This document shows, piece after piece, positions 23,661-35,407 of a stretch of 64,000 nt of DNA. This stretch comes from Minutocellus sp. GHC0000111 (taxonomy: Eukaryota): the NCBI GenBank assembly GCA_977018835.1, contig OZ361259.1, positions 3,534,001-3,598,000 of the forward strand, in the 5' to 3' direction. Position 1 is the stretch's first letter. Every line of letters starts with the position of its first letter. A program made the position numbers and the translations under genes. Under the pieces are notes generated by a model, which was given only the letters and a program-made list of their open reading frames with translations, did not search any database and was not told where the DNA came from.

Positions 23661-25691
23661 CTAAGGCTGTCGTGCTCGTGCAGCTAATCCTTCCGACGCT
23701 TTATTGCACTCGTCATCAACCCTTTCCTTTACCGACCTTGTTTCAACCAGTCTTTTAATTTGTGCCAAAGCATTGGAAAGATCGCCTTGAATCTTTTCAA
23801 GGTGGGCCATGTTGGCTTTTTCGTAACCGAGTTTCTTATCTTCTAATTGCAGCCTCTTTATCTCTAGGTCAGCACTGACGCATGCATCGCTCAACTTTTC
23901 GACCTCCTTTCGCACTTCGTCGAGATTTGTGTCTTCCCTTTCCGCCCTGCTCTGCAGATTCCGTATCTGCAAGCCGAGCGCTTCCATCCTTGCACTTTGC
24001 GCGTCATACTCATCCCTACTGACAAAGTCGTTACCGGCCGCATCGATGCCGACGCTGACCGTCTTTCTGGGCTGGTGGTCGGCCACCCCGTCGTCCCCAC
24101 CCACGGCGTCCTCCTCCTCCTCGACTGCAATGCTGTCGTCGGTATCAGCGGCCTTCTTCATCCCCTCCGGACCGCGACGTCCCTGCCGACTCCTATCGTG
24201 CTCACCGCCGTCATCGTCCTCGCTGGATTGTTCACTGTACGAGTCACTGGACTCTTCCGAGCCGTCGTCGCTGCGTCCCCGCTGGGGCATGGCTGCTCCA
24301 ATCTTTTCTATCTTTTGGCCGACCAAAAGAGCTTTTATTTGCGCCTTTACTGCATCATTGGCCTGCGCCTCTGCAGCACTCAAAGCTTTTTGGGCATTGA
24401 TCTGATTCTGCAATGTCTTCAGAGCCGCCACAAACTGTTTCTTGTCCTTTTTCCCCGTGGCATGAACGCAATCATGTAGGTGGGTACGATCAAGCCTCAA
24501 ACCATCCTGCATTCTTTCCTCCAGCGCAACCATTAGGGCAGCGACTTCCTCGCGAGTCACGAAGTCACCCTCCGCCGCATCGACACCGACGTCAACCATT
24601 CTGGGCTGGTGGCCAACCATCCCGTCGTCCCCACCCACGGCGTCCTCCTCCTCGACCGCAATGCTGTCGTCGGTACCAGCGGCCTTCTTCATCCCCTCCG
24701 GACCGCGACGTCGCCGCTGCTGCTGCTCGGCCGGGATGCCACCACCACCGGCGCCATCGGCCGGGATACCACCGCCGGCACCCCCGTTGTCGGAATATCC
24801 GGCATCATCGTCCTCGTCCTCGCCGAAGTGAATGTCGTCCTCCTCGTCGTCGTCGTCCTCGCCCACCTGGTACCCTCCGTTCCTGGTCTGCTGGGCCTGG
24901 AGCTGATGGAGCCGCCGCTCGAGATCCTCCACGAGATCACGCTGCTGCGCAGCTTCGTCTTGCTGGGCGCTGAGCTGGACCTGCGCCTCGTGTATGTCGG
25001 CTTGCTTGGCCTCGAGGTGGGACCGCAGGTCCTCCAACTCCTGGTCCTTGGCGTCGAGATGGGCCCGCTGGTCTTCCACTTGTTGGTTGAGCTCGTCGAC
25101 CTCAGTGCCCCTGCCAGCCAGTTCCTCGCGGAGACGGTTGATCTCGTCCTGATGCGCCTGGGTCATCTGATCCCGCTGTGCTTGCAGGGCGGCCTGATGC
25201 TCCTGGGCCATCTGGGCCGCCTGAGCCTGCACCTGCCGGTTGGCCTCATCGATTATGGCCTGCCGCTCCCGCTGCGCTTGAGCGGCGGCCCGCTCCCGGG
25301 CGGCCTCGGCCTCCGGAGAGTGATCGGAATGCTCGTAGTAATCGGCCGAGTGCTCGTGGGCCCATCTTTCGATTTTGTCCAGCTTGCTCCTCGCTTTCAC
25401 TTTATTGTACCGCTCACCCCTATCCGACACACTACCGGTTGGGTTCAGCGTAACCTCGGTGCTCATGGGGTTGCGACATTCTTTGGAATTGTGGGCGTTG
25501 ACGGACCACGTTGTAATGATTTTGTCGTGGTGATGCCTCACCACGACGCGTGGAACAGAAAAGCAACCACTGACCTGCTCAGACGAGGAAAAGTCCCTGT
25601 ATTTGCCTTCGGGCAGCAAATCTACAATCCGAACCTCATGTGTCTTGCCCCGTGGGACAGGATAAATCGGCGGGTTACGGCTGGCGCTCAT
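23661..25691 (-). CDS. Hypothetical large coiled-coil protein (about 676 aa) with an internal ~55-aa duplication
   Basis: Uninterrupted ORF with a Q/E/A-rich coiled coil. RRGPEGMKKAA.TDDSIAVEEE.DAVGGDDG...QPR..V.VG.DAA..DFV occurs twice (about 24545-24711 and 24005-24180). Confidence 0.7.
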   Translation of the reverse strand: MSASRNPPIYPVPRGKTHEVRIVDLLPEGKYRDFSSSEQVSGCFSVPRVVVRHHHDKIITTWSVNAHNSKECRNPMSTEVTLNPTGSVSDRGERYNKVKARSKLDKIERWAHEHSADYYEHSDHSPEAEAARERAAAQAQRERQAIIDEANRQVQAQAAQMAQEHQAALQAQRDQMTQAHQDEINRLREELAGRGTEVDELNQQVEDQRAHLDAKDQELEDLRSHLEAKQADIHEAQVQLSAQQDEAAQQRDLVEDLERRLHQLQAQQTRNGGYQVGEDDDDEEDDIHFGEDEDDDAGYSDNGGAGGGIPADGAGGGGIPAEQQQRRRRGPEGMKKAAGTDDSIAVEEEDAVGGDDGMVGHQPRMVDVGVDAAEGDFVTREEVAALMVALEERMQDGLRLDRTHLHDCVHATGKKDKKQFVAALKTLQNQINAQKALSAAEAQANDAVKAQIKALLVGQKIEKIGAAMPQRGRSDDGSEESSDSYSEQSSEDDDGGEHDRSRQGRRGPEGMKKAADTDDSIAVEEEEDAVGGDDGVADHQPRKTVSVGIDAAGNDFVSRDEYDAQSARMEALGLQIRNLQSRAEREDTNLDEVRKEVEKLSDACVSADLEIKRLQLEDKKLGYEKANMAHLEKIQGDLSNALAQIKRLVETRSVKERVDDECNKASEGLAARARQP

Positions 25692-26011
25692 GGTCTCGCG
25701 GCGCTTGCCTTCAGCTACGTGAGGAATGATGGCCGCTGGCTCCCGAGCTCCCGAGCGAGCGACTTGCTTTTCCGGGGTTGCAGTTCTGAAACTGGAAACA
25801 TACGGGATACCCCCTATCATGCTGCACTGAAAAAATCGAATCAAATCAATCCAAGGAATCACATGTCAGTGGCCAGCCCGTCGCCAGCCAAGCTCTAAAA
25901 TGTCCCGGTAAAAGCAAAAATTAGATTCATGCTTCTTACATGTACTGGCATAATGGACAGAGCGTAAAATTTGTATGATCTAGCTATGTAGATCTAGCTA
26001 GAGAAAATTCA

Positions 26012-29000
26012 AACGGCACACTCCCTACTACTCGTCCATGGTATCAAGCGACGGTACCGGCGAGGATCGGAGCGAAGAAGGTTGGAAAAAGGAGTACCCC
26101 AATCCCGGGTTCTCACTGCTTGCAGCGACTGCACATAGATGGACCAGCCACTTGAACGCCAGTATCGACAACAAGAAGAGCCGCCAAGATCAACAATACA
26201 AGGCACCACACTCCCTACTACTCGTCCGTGGTATCCTGAGACGGTACCGGCGAGGATCGGAGCGGAGGAGGTCGGGAAAAGGAGTACCCCAATCCCGGGC
26301 ACTCACTGCTTGCAGCGACTGCACATAGATGGACCAGCCACTTGAACGCCAGTATCGACAACAAGAAGAGCAGCCAAGATCAACAATACAAGGCACCACA
26401 CTCCCTACTACTCTCCATGGTATCCTGCGACGGCACCGATGAGAATCGGCGGAGTTGATGATGTGAAAAAGAAATCTCCAATCCCAAACTCTCACTGCAA
26501 TTGGCACCACACTCCCTACTACTCGTCCTTGGTATCCTGAGACGGTACCGGCGAGGATCGGAGCAGAGGAGGTCGGGAAAAGGAGTACCCCAATCCCGGG
26601 CTCTCACTGCTTGCAGCGACTGCACATAGATGGACCGGCCACTTGAACGCCAGTATCGACAACAAGAAGAGCCGCCAAGATCAACAATACAAGGCACCAC
26701 ACTCCCTACTACTCGTCCGTGGTATCCGGAGACGGAACCGATGAGAATCGGCGAAATTGATGATGTGAAAAAGAGTTCTCCAATCCCGGGCTCTCACTGC
26801 TTGCAGCGACTGCACATAGATGGACCAGCCACTTGAACGCCAGTATCGACAACAAGAAGAGCTACCAAGATCAACAACACAAGGCACCACACTCCCTACT
26901 ACTCGTCCATGGTATCCTGCGACGGCACCGATGAGAATCGGCGGAGTTGATGATGTGAAAAAGAAATCTCCAATCCCGAGCTCTCACTGCAATTGGCACC
27001 ACACTCCCTACTACTCGTCCATGGTATCCTGAGACGGTACCGGCGAGGATCGGAGCGGAGGAGGTCGGGAAAAGGAGTACCCCAATCCCGGGCTCTCACT
27101 GCTTGCAGCGACTGCACATAGATGGACCAGCCACTTGAACGCCAGTATCGACAACAAGAAGAGCCGCCAAGATCAACAATACAAGGCACCACACTCCCTA
27201 CTACTCTCCATGGTATCCTGCGACGGCTCCGACGAGGATCGGAGCGGAGGAGGTCGGGAAAAAGAGTTCTCCAATCCCGGGCTCTCACTGCTTGCAGCGA
27301 CTGCACGTAGATGGACCGGCCACTTGAACGCCAGTATCGACAACAAGAAGAGCCGCCAAGATCAACAATACAAGGCACCACACTCCCTACTACTCGTCCG
27401 TGGTATCCTGAGACGGTACCGGCGAGGATCGGAGCGGAGGAGGTCGGGAAAAGGAGTACCCCAATCCCGGGCTCTCACTGCTTGCAGCGACTGCACGTAG
27501 ATGTACCGGCCACTTGAACGCCAGTATCGACAACAAGAAGAGCCGCCAAGATCAACAACACAAGGCACCACACTCCCTACTACTCGTCCATGATATCCTG
27601 AGACGGTACCGGCGAGGATCGGAGCGGAGGAGGTCGGGAAAAGGAGTTCTCCAATCCCGGACTCTCACTGCTTGCAGCGACTGCACATAGATGGACCAGC
27701 CACTTGAACGCCAGTATCGACAACAAGAAGAGCTGCCAAGATCAACAATACAAGGCACCACACTCCCTACTACTCGTCCATGGTATCCTGCGACGGCACT
27801 GATGAGAATCGGCGGAGTTGATGATGTGAAAAAGAGTTCTCCAATCCCGGGCTCTCACTGCTTGCAGCGACTGCACATAGATGGACCAGCCACTTGAACG
27901 CCAGTATCGACAACAAGAAGAGCTGCCAAGATCAACAATACAAGGCACCACACTCCCTACTACTCGTCCGTGGTCTCCTGCGACGGCTCCGATGAGAATC
28001 GGCGGAGTTGATGATGTGAAAAAGAAATCTCCAATCCCGAGCTCTCACTGCAATTGGCACCACACTCCCTACTACTCGTCCATGGTATCCTGAGACGGTA
28101 CCGGCGAGGATCGGAGCGGAGGAGGTCGGGAAAAGGAGTTGTCCAATCCCGGGCTCTCACTGCTTGCAGCGACTGCACGCAGATGGACCGGCCACTTGAA
28201 CGCCAGTATCGACAACAAGAAGAGCCGCCAAGATCAACAACACAAGGCACCACACTCCCTACTACTCGTCCATGATATCCTGAGACGGTACCGGCGAGGA
28301 TCGGAGCGGAGGAGGTCGGGAAAAGGAGTTCTCCAATCCCGGGCTCTCACTGCTTGCAGCGACTGCACATAGATGGACCGGCCACTTGAACGCCAGTATC
28401 GACAACAAGAAGAGCCGCCAAGATCAACAACACAAGGCACCACACTCCCTACTACTCGTCCATGGTCTCCTGCGACGGCACCGATGAGAATCGGCGGAGT
28501 TGATGATGTGAAAAAGAGTTCTCCAATCCCGGGCTCTCACTGCTTGCAGCGACTGCACGTAGATGTACCGGCCACTTGAACGCCAGTATCGACAACAAGA
28601 AGAGCCGCCAAGATCAACAACACAAGGCACCACACTCCCTACTACTCGTCCATGATATCCTGAGACGGTACCGGCGAGGATCGGAGCGGAGGAGGTCGGG
28701 AAAAGGAGTTCTCCAATCCCGGGCTCTCACTGCTTGCAGCGACTGCACATAGATGGACCGGCCACTTGAACGCCAGTATCGACAACAAGAAGAGCTGCCA
28801 AGATCAACAATACAAGGCACCACACTCCCTACTACTCGTCCATGGTATCCTGCGACGGCACTGATGAGAATCGGCGGAGTTGATGATGTGAAAAAGAGTT
28901 CTCCAATCCCGGGCTCTCACTGCTTGCAGCGACTGCACATAGATGGACCAGCCACTTGAACGCCAGTATCGACAACAAGAAGAGCAGCCAAGATCAACAA

Positions 29001-30190
29001 TACAAGCCACCACACTCCCTACTACTCGTCCGTGGTCTCCTGCGACGGCTCCGATGAGAATCGGCGGAGTTGATGATGTGAAAAAGAAATCTCCAATCCC
29101 GAGCTCTCACTGCAATTGGCACCACACTCCCTACTACTCGTCCATGGTATCCTGAGACGGTACCGGCGAGGATCGGAGCGGAGGAGGTCGGGAAAAGGAG
29201 TTGTCCAATCCCGGGCTCTCACTGCTTGCAGCGACTGCACGTAGATGGACCGGCCACTTGAACGCCAGTATCGACAACAAGAAGAGCCGCCAAGATCAAC
29301 AACACAAGTCACCACACTCCCTACTACTCGTCCATGATATCCTGAGACGGTACCGGCGAGGATCGGAGCGGAGGAGGTCGGGAAAAGGAGTTCTCCAATC
29401 CCGGGCTCTCACTGCTTGCAGCGACTGCACGTAGATGGACCGGCCACTTGAACGCCAGTATCGACGACAAGAAGAGCCCCCAAGATCAACAACACAAGGC
29501 ACCACTCGTCCGTGGTATCCTGCGACGGCACCGGCGAGGATCGGAGCGGAGGAGTTGGGAAATAGAGTGCCACAATCCCGGGCTCTCACTGCTTGCAGCG
29601 ACTGCACATAGATGGACCAGCCACTTGAACGCCAGTATCGACAACAAGAAGAGCCGCCAAGATCAACAATACAAGGCACCACACTCCCTACTACTCGTCC
29701 GTGCTCTCCTGCGACGGCACCGGCGAGAAATGAAGTGGAAGAGTTTCAGAAATAGAGTGTCCCAATCCCGGGCTCTCACTGCTTGCAGCGACTGCACATA
29801 GATGGACCGGCCACTTGAACGCCAGTATCGACGACAAGAAGAGCTGCCAAGATGAACAATACAAGGTGCCACACTTCCTACTACTCGTCCGTGGTCTCCT
29901 GAGACGGTACCGGCGAGGATCGGAGCGGAGGAGGTCGGGAAAAGGAGTTCTCCAATCCCGGGCTCTCACTGCTTGCAGCGACTGCACATAGATGGACCAG
30001 CCACTTGAACGCCTGTATCGACGACAAGAAGAGCCGCCAAGATCAACAATACAAGGCACCACACTCCCTACTACTCGTCCGTGCTCTCCTGCGACGGCAC
30101 CGGCGAGGATCGGAGCTGAGGAAACTACTCGTCCGTCGTGTGCTGCGACGGCTTTGGCGATGATCGGTGGAGTCGAGGATGTTGAAAAGA
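26012..30190. repeat. Satellite array: about 24 units of 190 bp (four truncated to 111-112 bp) with higher-order periods of about 491 and 1062 bp
   Basis: The anchor cacactccctacta recurs at 26017, 26207, 26397, 26508, 26698, 26888, 27000, 27190, 27379, 27569, 27759, 27949, 28061, 28251, 28441, 28631, 28821, 29011, 29123, 29313, about 29503, 29680, 29870 and 30060. Confidence 0.97.
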
Positions 30191-30280
30191 CATTAAAGAA
30201 GATAGGAGGAGGTTAGCGAAAAATAATCAGATGAAATGGCAGCCAATGTTGAGAATGAGCAAGGGGAGTCCCCAACTTAC

Positions 30281-32230
30281 CCTGACTGCGACCACCAAAA
30301 GACCGATGTGTCCGATCTTGGTTCCAAGCCACTTGAAGAGGGAGCTTGTCAAGGCCATGAGGGTGCAATTGGTTAAGACGGCAATCACTGTAGCGATGTC
30401 AAGCACGTGCTCCCAAACGCCGATGCCACCGGTCTTTTGAGCCAACGGCCTTCGTCTACCCCGGCAAAGCTTGTAGGCATCCAGTCGCATGGCCAGCAAA
30501 TGATTGATGAGAACGATGAATGGCGTGATCGGCAGAGCTGTACTGAAGCAGGTCACATAGGCGAACTGCACCACGGCCACGATGCACTCCGGGAAACTAT
30601 CATGATATCGAAGCATCATCTCCTCCCAAATGTTGCTCTGAGCCTGCTCAAGGAGAAGGCGACTGTTGATGAGCCGCTTCTGCCGATGCTTCCGCTCCGC
30701 CGCTGATATCGTCCGACTAGACTCGGTAAAGTCCTCCTCCATGGCCTCAACATCCTTCATGGCATCGCGCAGGGACAGACGTTCTCGGTACATTCGCCAA
30801 CGATACAGAATCATTGGTGCATACACCTGAAGGAAAATCGTCCACCGACGGGCAACGGTCACATAAATAAACAATGATGTGGCAACTCTCAAGATTCCAA
30901 TCTCGGTGGCATTCTCATCTGTACCGGTGGCAATGAAGGCATAGTAGTACAGGGCCGCAAAGTAACAAACGATTTGGAAGCTAAAGACCTTGACGATGAG
31001 GTGATTGCCATTCTGCGTTTCGGCTCTGTAATTCTCAAACTCGTTCAAAATGATGGAGATTCTCATGAGGACAAAGTTGAGCAGAGGAAGCGTCAAACCA
31101 AGCACTAAGGGAAAGCCACCGATAATGGCCCAAAAGTGCGAGTCCTTGAGAAGCTCCGAGGACAGCTTGACCTCATCGATGGAGCTGCGACGACCAATGG
31201 CCAAAATGTTGAGCTCGAGGTCAAACGTCGACTCGCCCGAACCGTTTCTGTCGTCAAAGTATCGGGCCAGCGCAATGTCTCGATTGGCGTACAGCATGAG
31301 GATGCACAGCAGGGTCATCAAGGTAAACATGACTGAGCGGGAAGCTAATGCAATACTTGAGCCAACGCTTCCATGATGGGTAGTACACAGTCCACTCCTG
31401 AGTGATCTCGTCAAACTTGTACACACCGCTGAATTGAGGTCGGGTCGTTTCCTCCTCTTCGTAGTTGAGCGTGCCCCACCGATGAGCCAGAAAATTCGAT
31501 CTTCTTCGCCAGGTGACCATGACAACGAACGCCCATAGCATAATGACGGCAGAGAAGAAGGGTCGGATGGGATGATCCCAATTACCCGAGGCAATTTGAC
31601 AAATGAAGACGATCCATCCGCAGACAGAGAGGAAAATGAGATGGAACGACACGTGCTGCAACCAAGCAAAGTATAAGGCAATCTTTTCTCCATAGTACTC
31701 CTCGATGGAATCAAGCGACTGGTACCAGCAACCAGTAAATAGCCGTGTGAAGAGCGTCGGAATATACTGAGTCGGTAACCGCCGGCCCTCCTCTTCTCCC
31801 TGGCTCGAATCATCGCCGTCGTCGGTTGCATTCTCAAGAGATCTGGACCTCATGTCATCTCGTTCCGATCCAACTCTCATGCTCTTCCCGTCCCTCCCAT
31901 CCCAATTCTCCTCTCTCCAGAACAGTACCCAGGATTCGTACAGCGGCTCCAAACGAGCATGCATGTGAAGCGGGACGCGACTTGCAATGGCCTTGCCCAG
32001 ATCTGTCCTTGGACCAAGCTCGGCACCAGAGTCACGAATGCGAGATCGGATGATGAAGTCAATAATGGCCTGCCGCTCGGAACTGCGAAAGAGAGTTGAC
32101 TCATTGGAGAGACGTCGAGTGTCGGTGCCCTCGTCGCTGGGCAAGTAGTGCTCGGGGGATTGCATCGTGAACGACAACAGATCCAAATCCAAGCACCCGG
32201 GAGCTCGTCAATTTCCAACGACGAGAAATA
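30281..32230 (-). pseudogene. Anoctamin/TMEM16 family gene, frameshifted and truncated
   Basis: Motifs IEEYYGEKIALYFAWL, WRRRSNFLAHRWG, EEETTRPQF, FENYR, KVFSFQ, QFAYVTCFS, RLDAYKLC...RRP and IGVWEHVL are present. There is a frameshift at about 31335 (ISFPL|SVMFT). The last donor site (AGG|GTAAGT at 30280) has no recognisable final exon after it. Confidence 0.85.
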
Positions 32231-33202
32231 AATAAATGGTACAATCGATTGTACGCCGGGAAGGCCAAGGCCACAATTCACACCAGCTCTATGCGCCCCC
32301 GATAATGGCAAAGGAAATTGATATTATGATGCTAATGTAATGCATGAAAAATAAAGAGAGGGCGGTGCATCAGGTAGTTAGATTACGTATGCTCCACTTG
32401 ACATAAATTTAGGAAAATAAGAAGGGGAGACCAATTTACAACGTTGGGATATTGCCACCCTAATAATTCTCACCTTTTCATGCACGAATCCGGATGGTAC
32501 CTACTTGGCAAGTGGCAGCCACTATTGTCCGCATGAAAACACCTCACGGCGGTAACACATCTGTCAAGTGCCGAATTTGCCGGCGGGGCGACAAGTTTGT
32601 TCATCGGCAAAGCACGAAGTGGAGATGCCGTTGCGTCCGCGGCCATCTAAAATGAACGGCACATGTTTATACGCGTAGTAAGAGGCTGGTCAATGAAGAA
32701 GATCATCAAAAGGCAATTACTTATGCCACGAGCACATCGTTTTGCACTCCCGCAGTTTGACTGGTGACGACGTGCGTGTTTGTTTGCGAGATGCAATGGC
32801 GATAGACGAATAGACTACGGGAGAGATATGCCACAAAATCTCGCTGCCATCCCTTTTGCAGCCGAACAAAGACAACACAGACGGTAGCAGCAGCAGCAAC
32901 AGCGACCGCACCTTTGCGCTTGGCTCATCTTCCGGCGTTTGTGGTTCAACATGAATGAGGCGCCGAAGAGCTTTTTATGCCAGGCGGACGACTGCAAGAG
33001 GAGAGAATTCTGAGTGAGCGACTCAGTCGACTGACTTAGCTGCAAAACATTAACATTCAGCGGGTTTTGACACCGAGCGAGAGCCATGCCGTGAGGGGTT
33101 TTGGTTTCTTTTTTACAGATGGTGACGTGGCACTACTTGGCCGCCGAAAAAGCAACGGCGAGAAGACAACCGCCCGAGCCATCACTCCTTGGCAAGCTCA
33201 AG

Positions 33203-34816
33203 ATGAGCTGCAATACTACCGGCAATACTATGCGCCGTCAAGGCACCGCGGAGGTTGGGGCCATCATGACTGATACGCCGCTGACGTCGGACGATCGGCA
33301 GGACCAGCCGCGGCAGCTACAGGAGGAGGAGGCCGCCGAGGGCAACGGCAGCGGCAACGATGGTGATTCTTGTTCTCGTTCTCGCTTTGATTATGATGAT
33401 GCCACCGCTGGTGATGATTATGGCAGCTCGTTCGGCTCTGGCGGCACCGGATCGGACGCCGCCGACGAAGACGGGGGATTTGCTGCAGGTACCGATCTCG
33501 ATGTCGGCCGGATGACGCTGGCCGGCGGTGATCAGCAGCCGCCCACAACTACTGCGACTGCGACTGTGGCAGCTTCGACTCTGGCGGCGATGACGCTCAC
33601 CGGTACTGCGAATGCGGCTACCGGCAAGACCAAGACAAAGATCGAGGCCAAGGCTGGAGATGATGAGGCTGAAGATAATGACGTCGAGGCGCCACCTGCC
33701 GCCATCTGCGAGGCTGGCACTGCCACCACCGGCAGCAAGGTCGTCCTTCGTCAGGGCAAGCACGAGCTCGAGATGCCCGTCGAGATCCTTGCCGGTATCT
33801 CCAAGTTCCTCCCATATGGTAAGGGTGCTGCTGGAGGTACTAGGAGCATCGCTGGAGTTATCATGGACTGCCTTGATTCCAACGACGAGGAAGTGTTTTG
33901 GAGGTCGTTCATGAGTGAAAAATTTTCCGCCCTGGAGACTGCCTACGTTCTGTGCCAGAGTCGGAGGACGCCGACGAGGAAGCGGGGAATGGACATATTG
34001 GGCGATTGGGAGGAGTACAACGAGGAGCGTGTGGCCGAATACTTCGATGTCCCCATCGCTGAAACTATCAAGCCAACAGTCATCACCTCCGCCGGTACCG
34101 AACGATTCAACCATACTGTGATTTTCCGCAACCCGCACGCAATCATCCGCATGGACCACCCCGGTTTGCTGCTCCGCGCGATCCGTCAGGGACACTTGGA
34201 CGTTTGTGGAGACAACCCATTCATACGGGGTGACGACGGTAGTGTCACCCATGACTTTGGCATCTGCAGTCTGATCAATGTGGCCATGACGATCGAAAGC
34301 CCCAATTGCCTTTCTGCACTATTGGATCTGGCCAAAGCTCAACGCCCTACCCTTACTTTTCCTGATGGTACGAAACTTTTGTGTACTGCCACTGGAATTT
34401 TTTATTCGAAGTCCACGCCCATGCCTTCCTTTGAGCTGCAGATTATGGACTTTGTCCTCCATCATGAAGTGTGCGATGTCAACGTGCTTAGCAACGAAGG
34501 GTGCACTGCACTTCACATAGTGTTGATGGAGTTGTGGCGGCCGGGCCCAAACGAGTCCCAGAATCGTTTCAGCCGTTGCCTTGCGACGATCGCCATGCTT
34601 GTGAAAGCCGGCGCCGACATCGACCGTGAAGGTAGTATCAATCCGATTACGCCCCAGGAGATGGCGATTCGCATGACCGAGTCGAACAACCAAGCCGTGG
34701 TGGCACGGGGCGTCTTGGCATTGGAGGTGCTGAACGGTCGCCTTCTTGTGAACGAGGATATTTCCGGCATCATCGCCAAGTCCAATGCCTTTGCCGGTGT
34801 GCTGTCTTTCCTCTGA
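33203..34816 (+). CDS. Protein with a low-complexity N-terminus, a possible F-box-like segment and C-terminal ankyrin repeats
   Basis: DVNVLSNEGCTALHIV and MLVKAGADID are ankyrin motifs. LEMPVEILAGISKFLP is F-box-like. Confidence 0.7.
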   Translation: MSCNTTGNTMRRQGTAEVGAIMTDTPLTSDDRQDQPRQLQEEEAAEGNGSGNDGDSCSRSRFDYDDATAGDDYGSSFGSGGTGSDAADEDGGFAAGTDLDVGRMTLAGGDQQPPTTTATATVAASTLAAMTLTGTANAATGKTKTKIEAKAGDDEAEDNDVEAPPAAICEAGTATTGSKVVLRQGKHELEMPVEILAGISKFLPYGKGAAGGTRSIAGVIMDCLDSNDEEVFWRSFMSEKFSALETAYVLCQSRRTPTRKRGMDILGDWEEYNEERVAEYFDVPIAETIKPTVITSAGTERFNHTVIFRNPHAIIRMDHPGLLLRAIRQGHLDVCGDNPFIRGDDGSVTHDFGICSLINVAMTIESPNCLSALLDLAKAQRPTLTFPDGTKLLCTATGIFYSKSTPMPSFELQIMDFVLHHEVCDVNVLSNEGCTALHIVLMELWRPGPNESQNRFSRCLATIAMLVKAGADIDREGSINPITPQEMAIRMTESNNQAVVARGVLALEVLNGRLLVNEDISGIIAKSNAFAGVLSFL

Positions 34817-35407
34817 GCAGGGCTTAGTTTGAACGGGAGTCCGCACTCTGTTGCGGGACGAGGAGAACTTCAATTAGACACAAATCTATGCTTCACCAGA
34901 TGAAACGGCGCATCTGAAATGCATTCTAGCTAGCATGTATAGAATGCAAGCTTGGGGGATATGGTCTGCCCGATATATGTAGTATAAAATTCTAGATCTC
35001 AGTAGAGATTGAGTTGGTTTCCAATTGCCATTCATTAGAACGCACACGTGTGCTCTCAAAGACCTACTAGCTACGTACGGTAGCTCCCTACAGTAGCGAG
35101 TACTTCTGCACGAGATTACTGACCGTGAAGACATTCATATATGTCGCATCGAATTCTATGTCAATGTGATAAACGCTCAGATCTATCCATGACTCCCAAC
35201 CAGGTCCAGACGAAGCTCAACGTGTCCGTGGTTCGGCCATGCATGAAGCACTACTATCAAGATCACACTATTCTCTGGCCAATATAATGCATTATCGCTA
35301 TCATGGAGGAGACCAACCTCGCGGGAGCTGGAGGCGGTGAAACGGAGTAAACGGACCGCCGCAGCAATGTCACCGCCAGTGGCGAAATGCACAAGCTCTC
35401 ACCGACT

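Noticed and set aside
27795..27840. Hammerhead ribozyme core (CTGATGA...GAAA) in B units
   Set aside because: Only two units have CTGATGA (the others have CCGATGA), and no stem II pairing can be formed.
26012..30190. CRISPR-like array (constant flanks with a variable core)
   Set aside because: The cores are only two or three recurring, mutually alignable types rather than unique spacers. The unit is 190 bp, there are no cas genes, and the context is eukaryotic.
26009..30216. The many 60-160 aa ORFs in the array as a repeat protein
   Set aside because: The unit length of 190 is not a multiple of 3, and stops recur in every frame.
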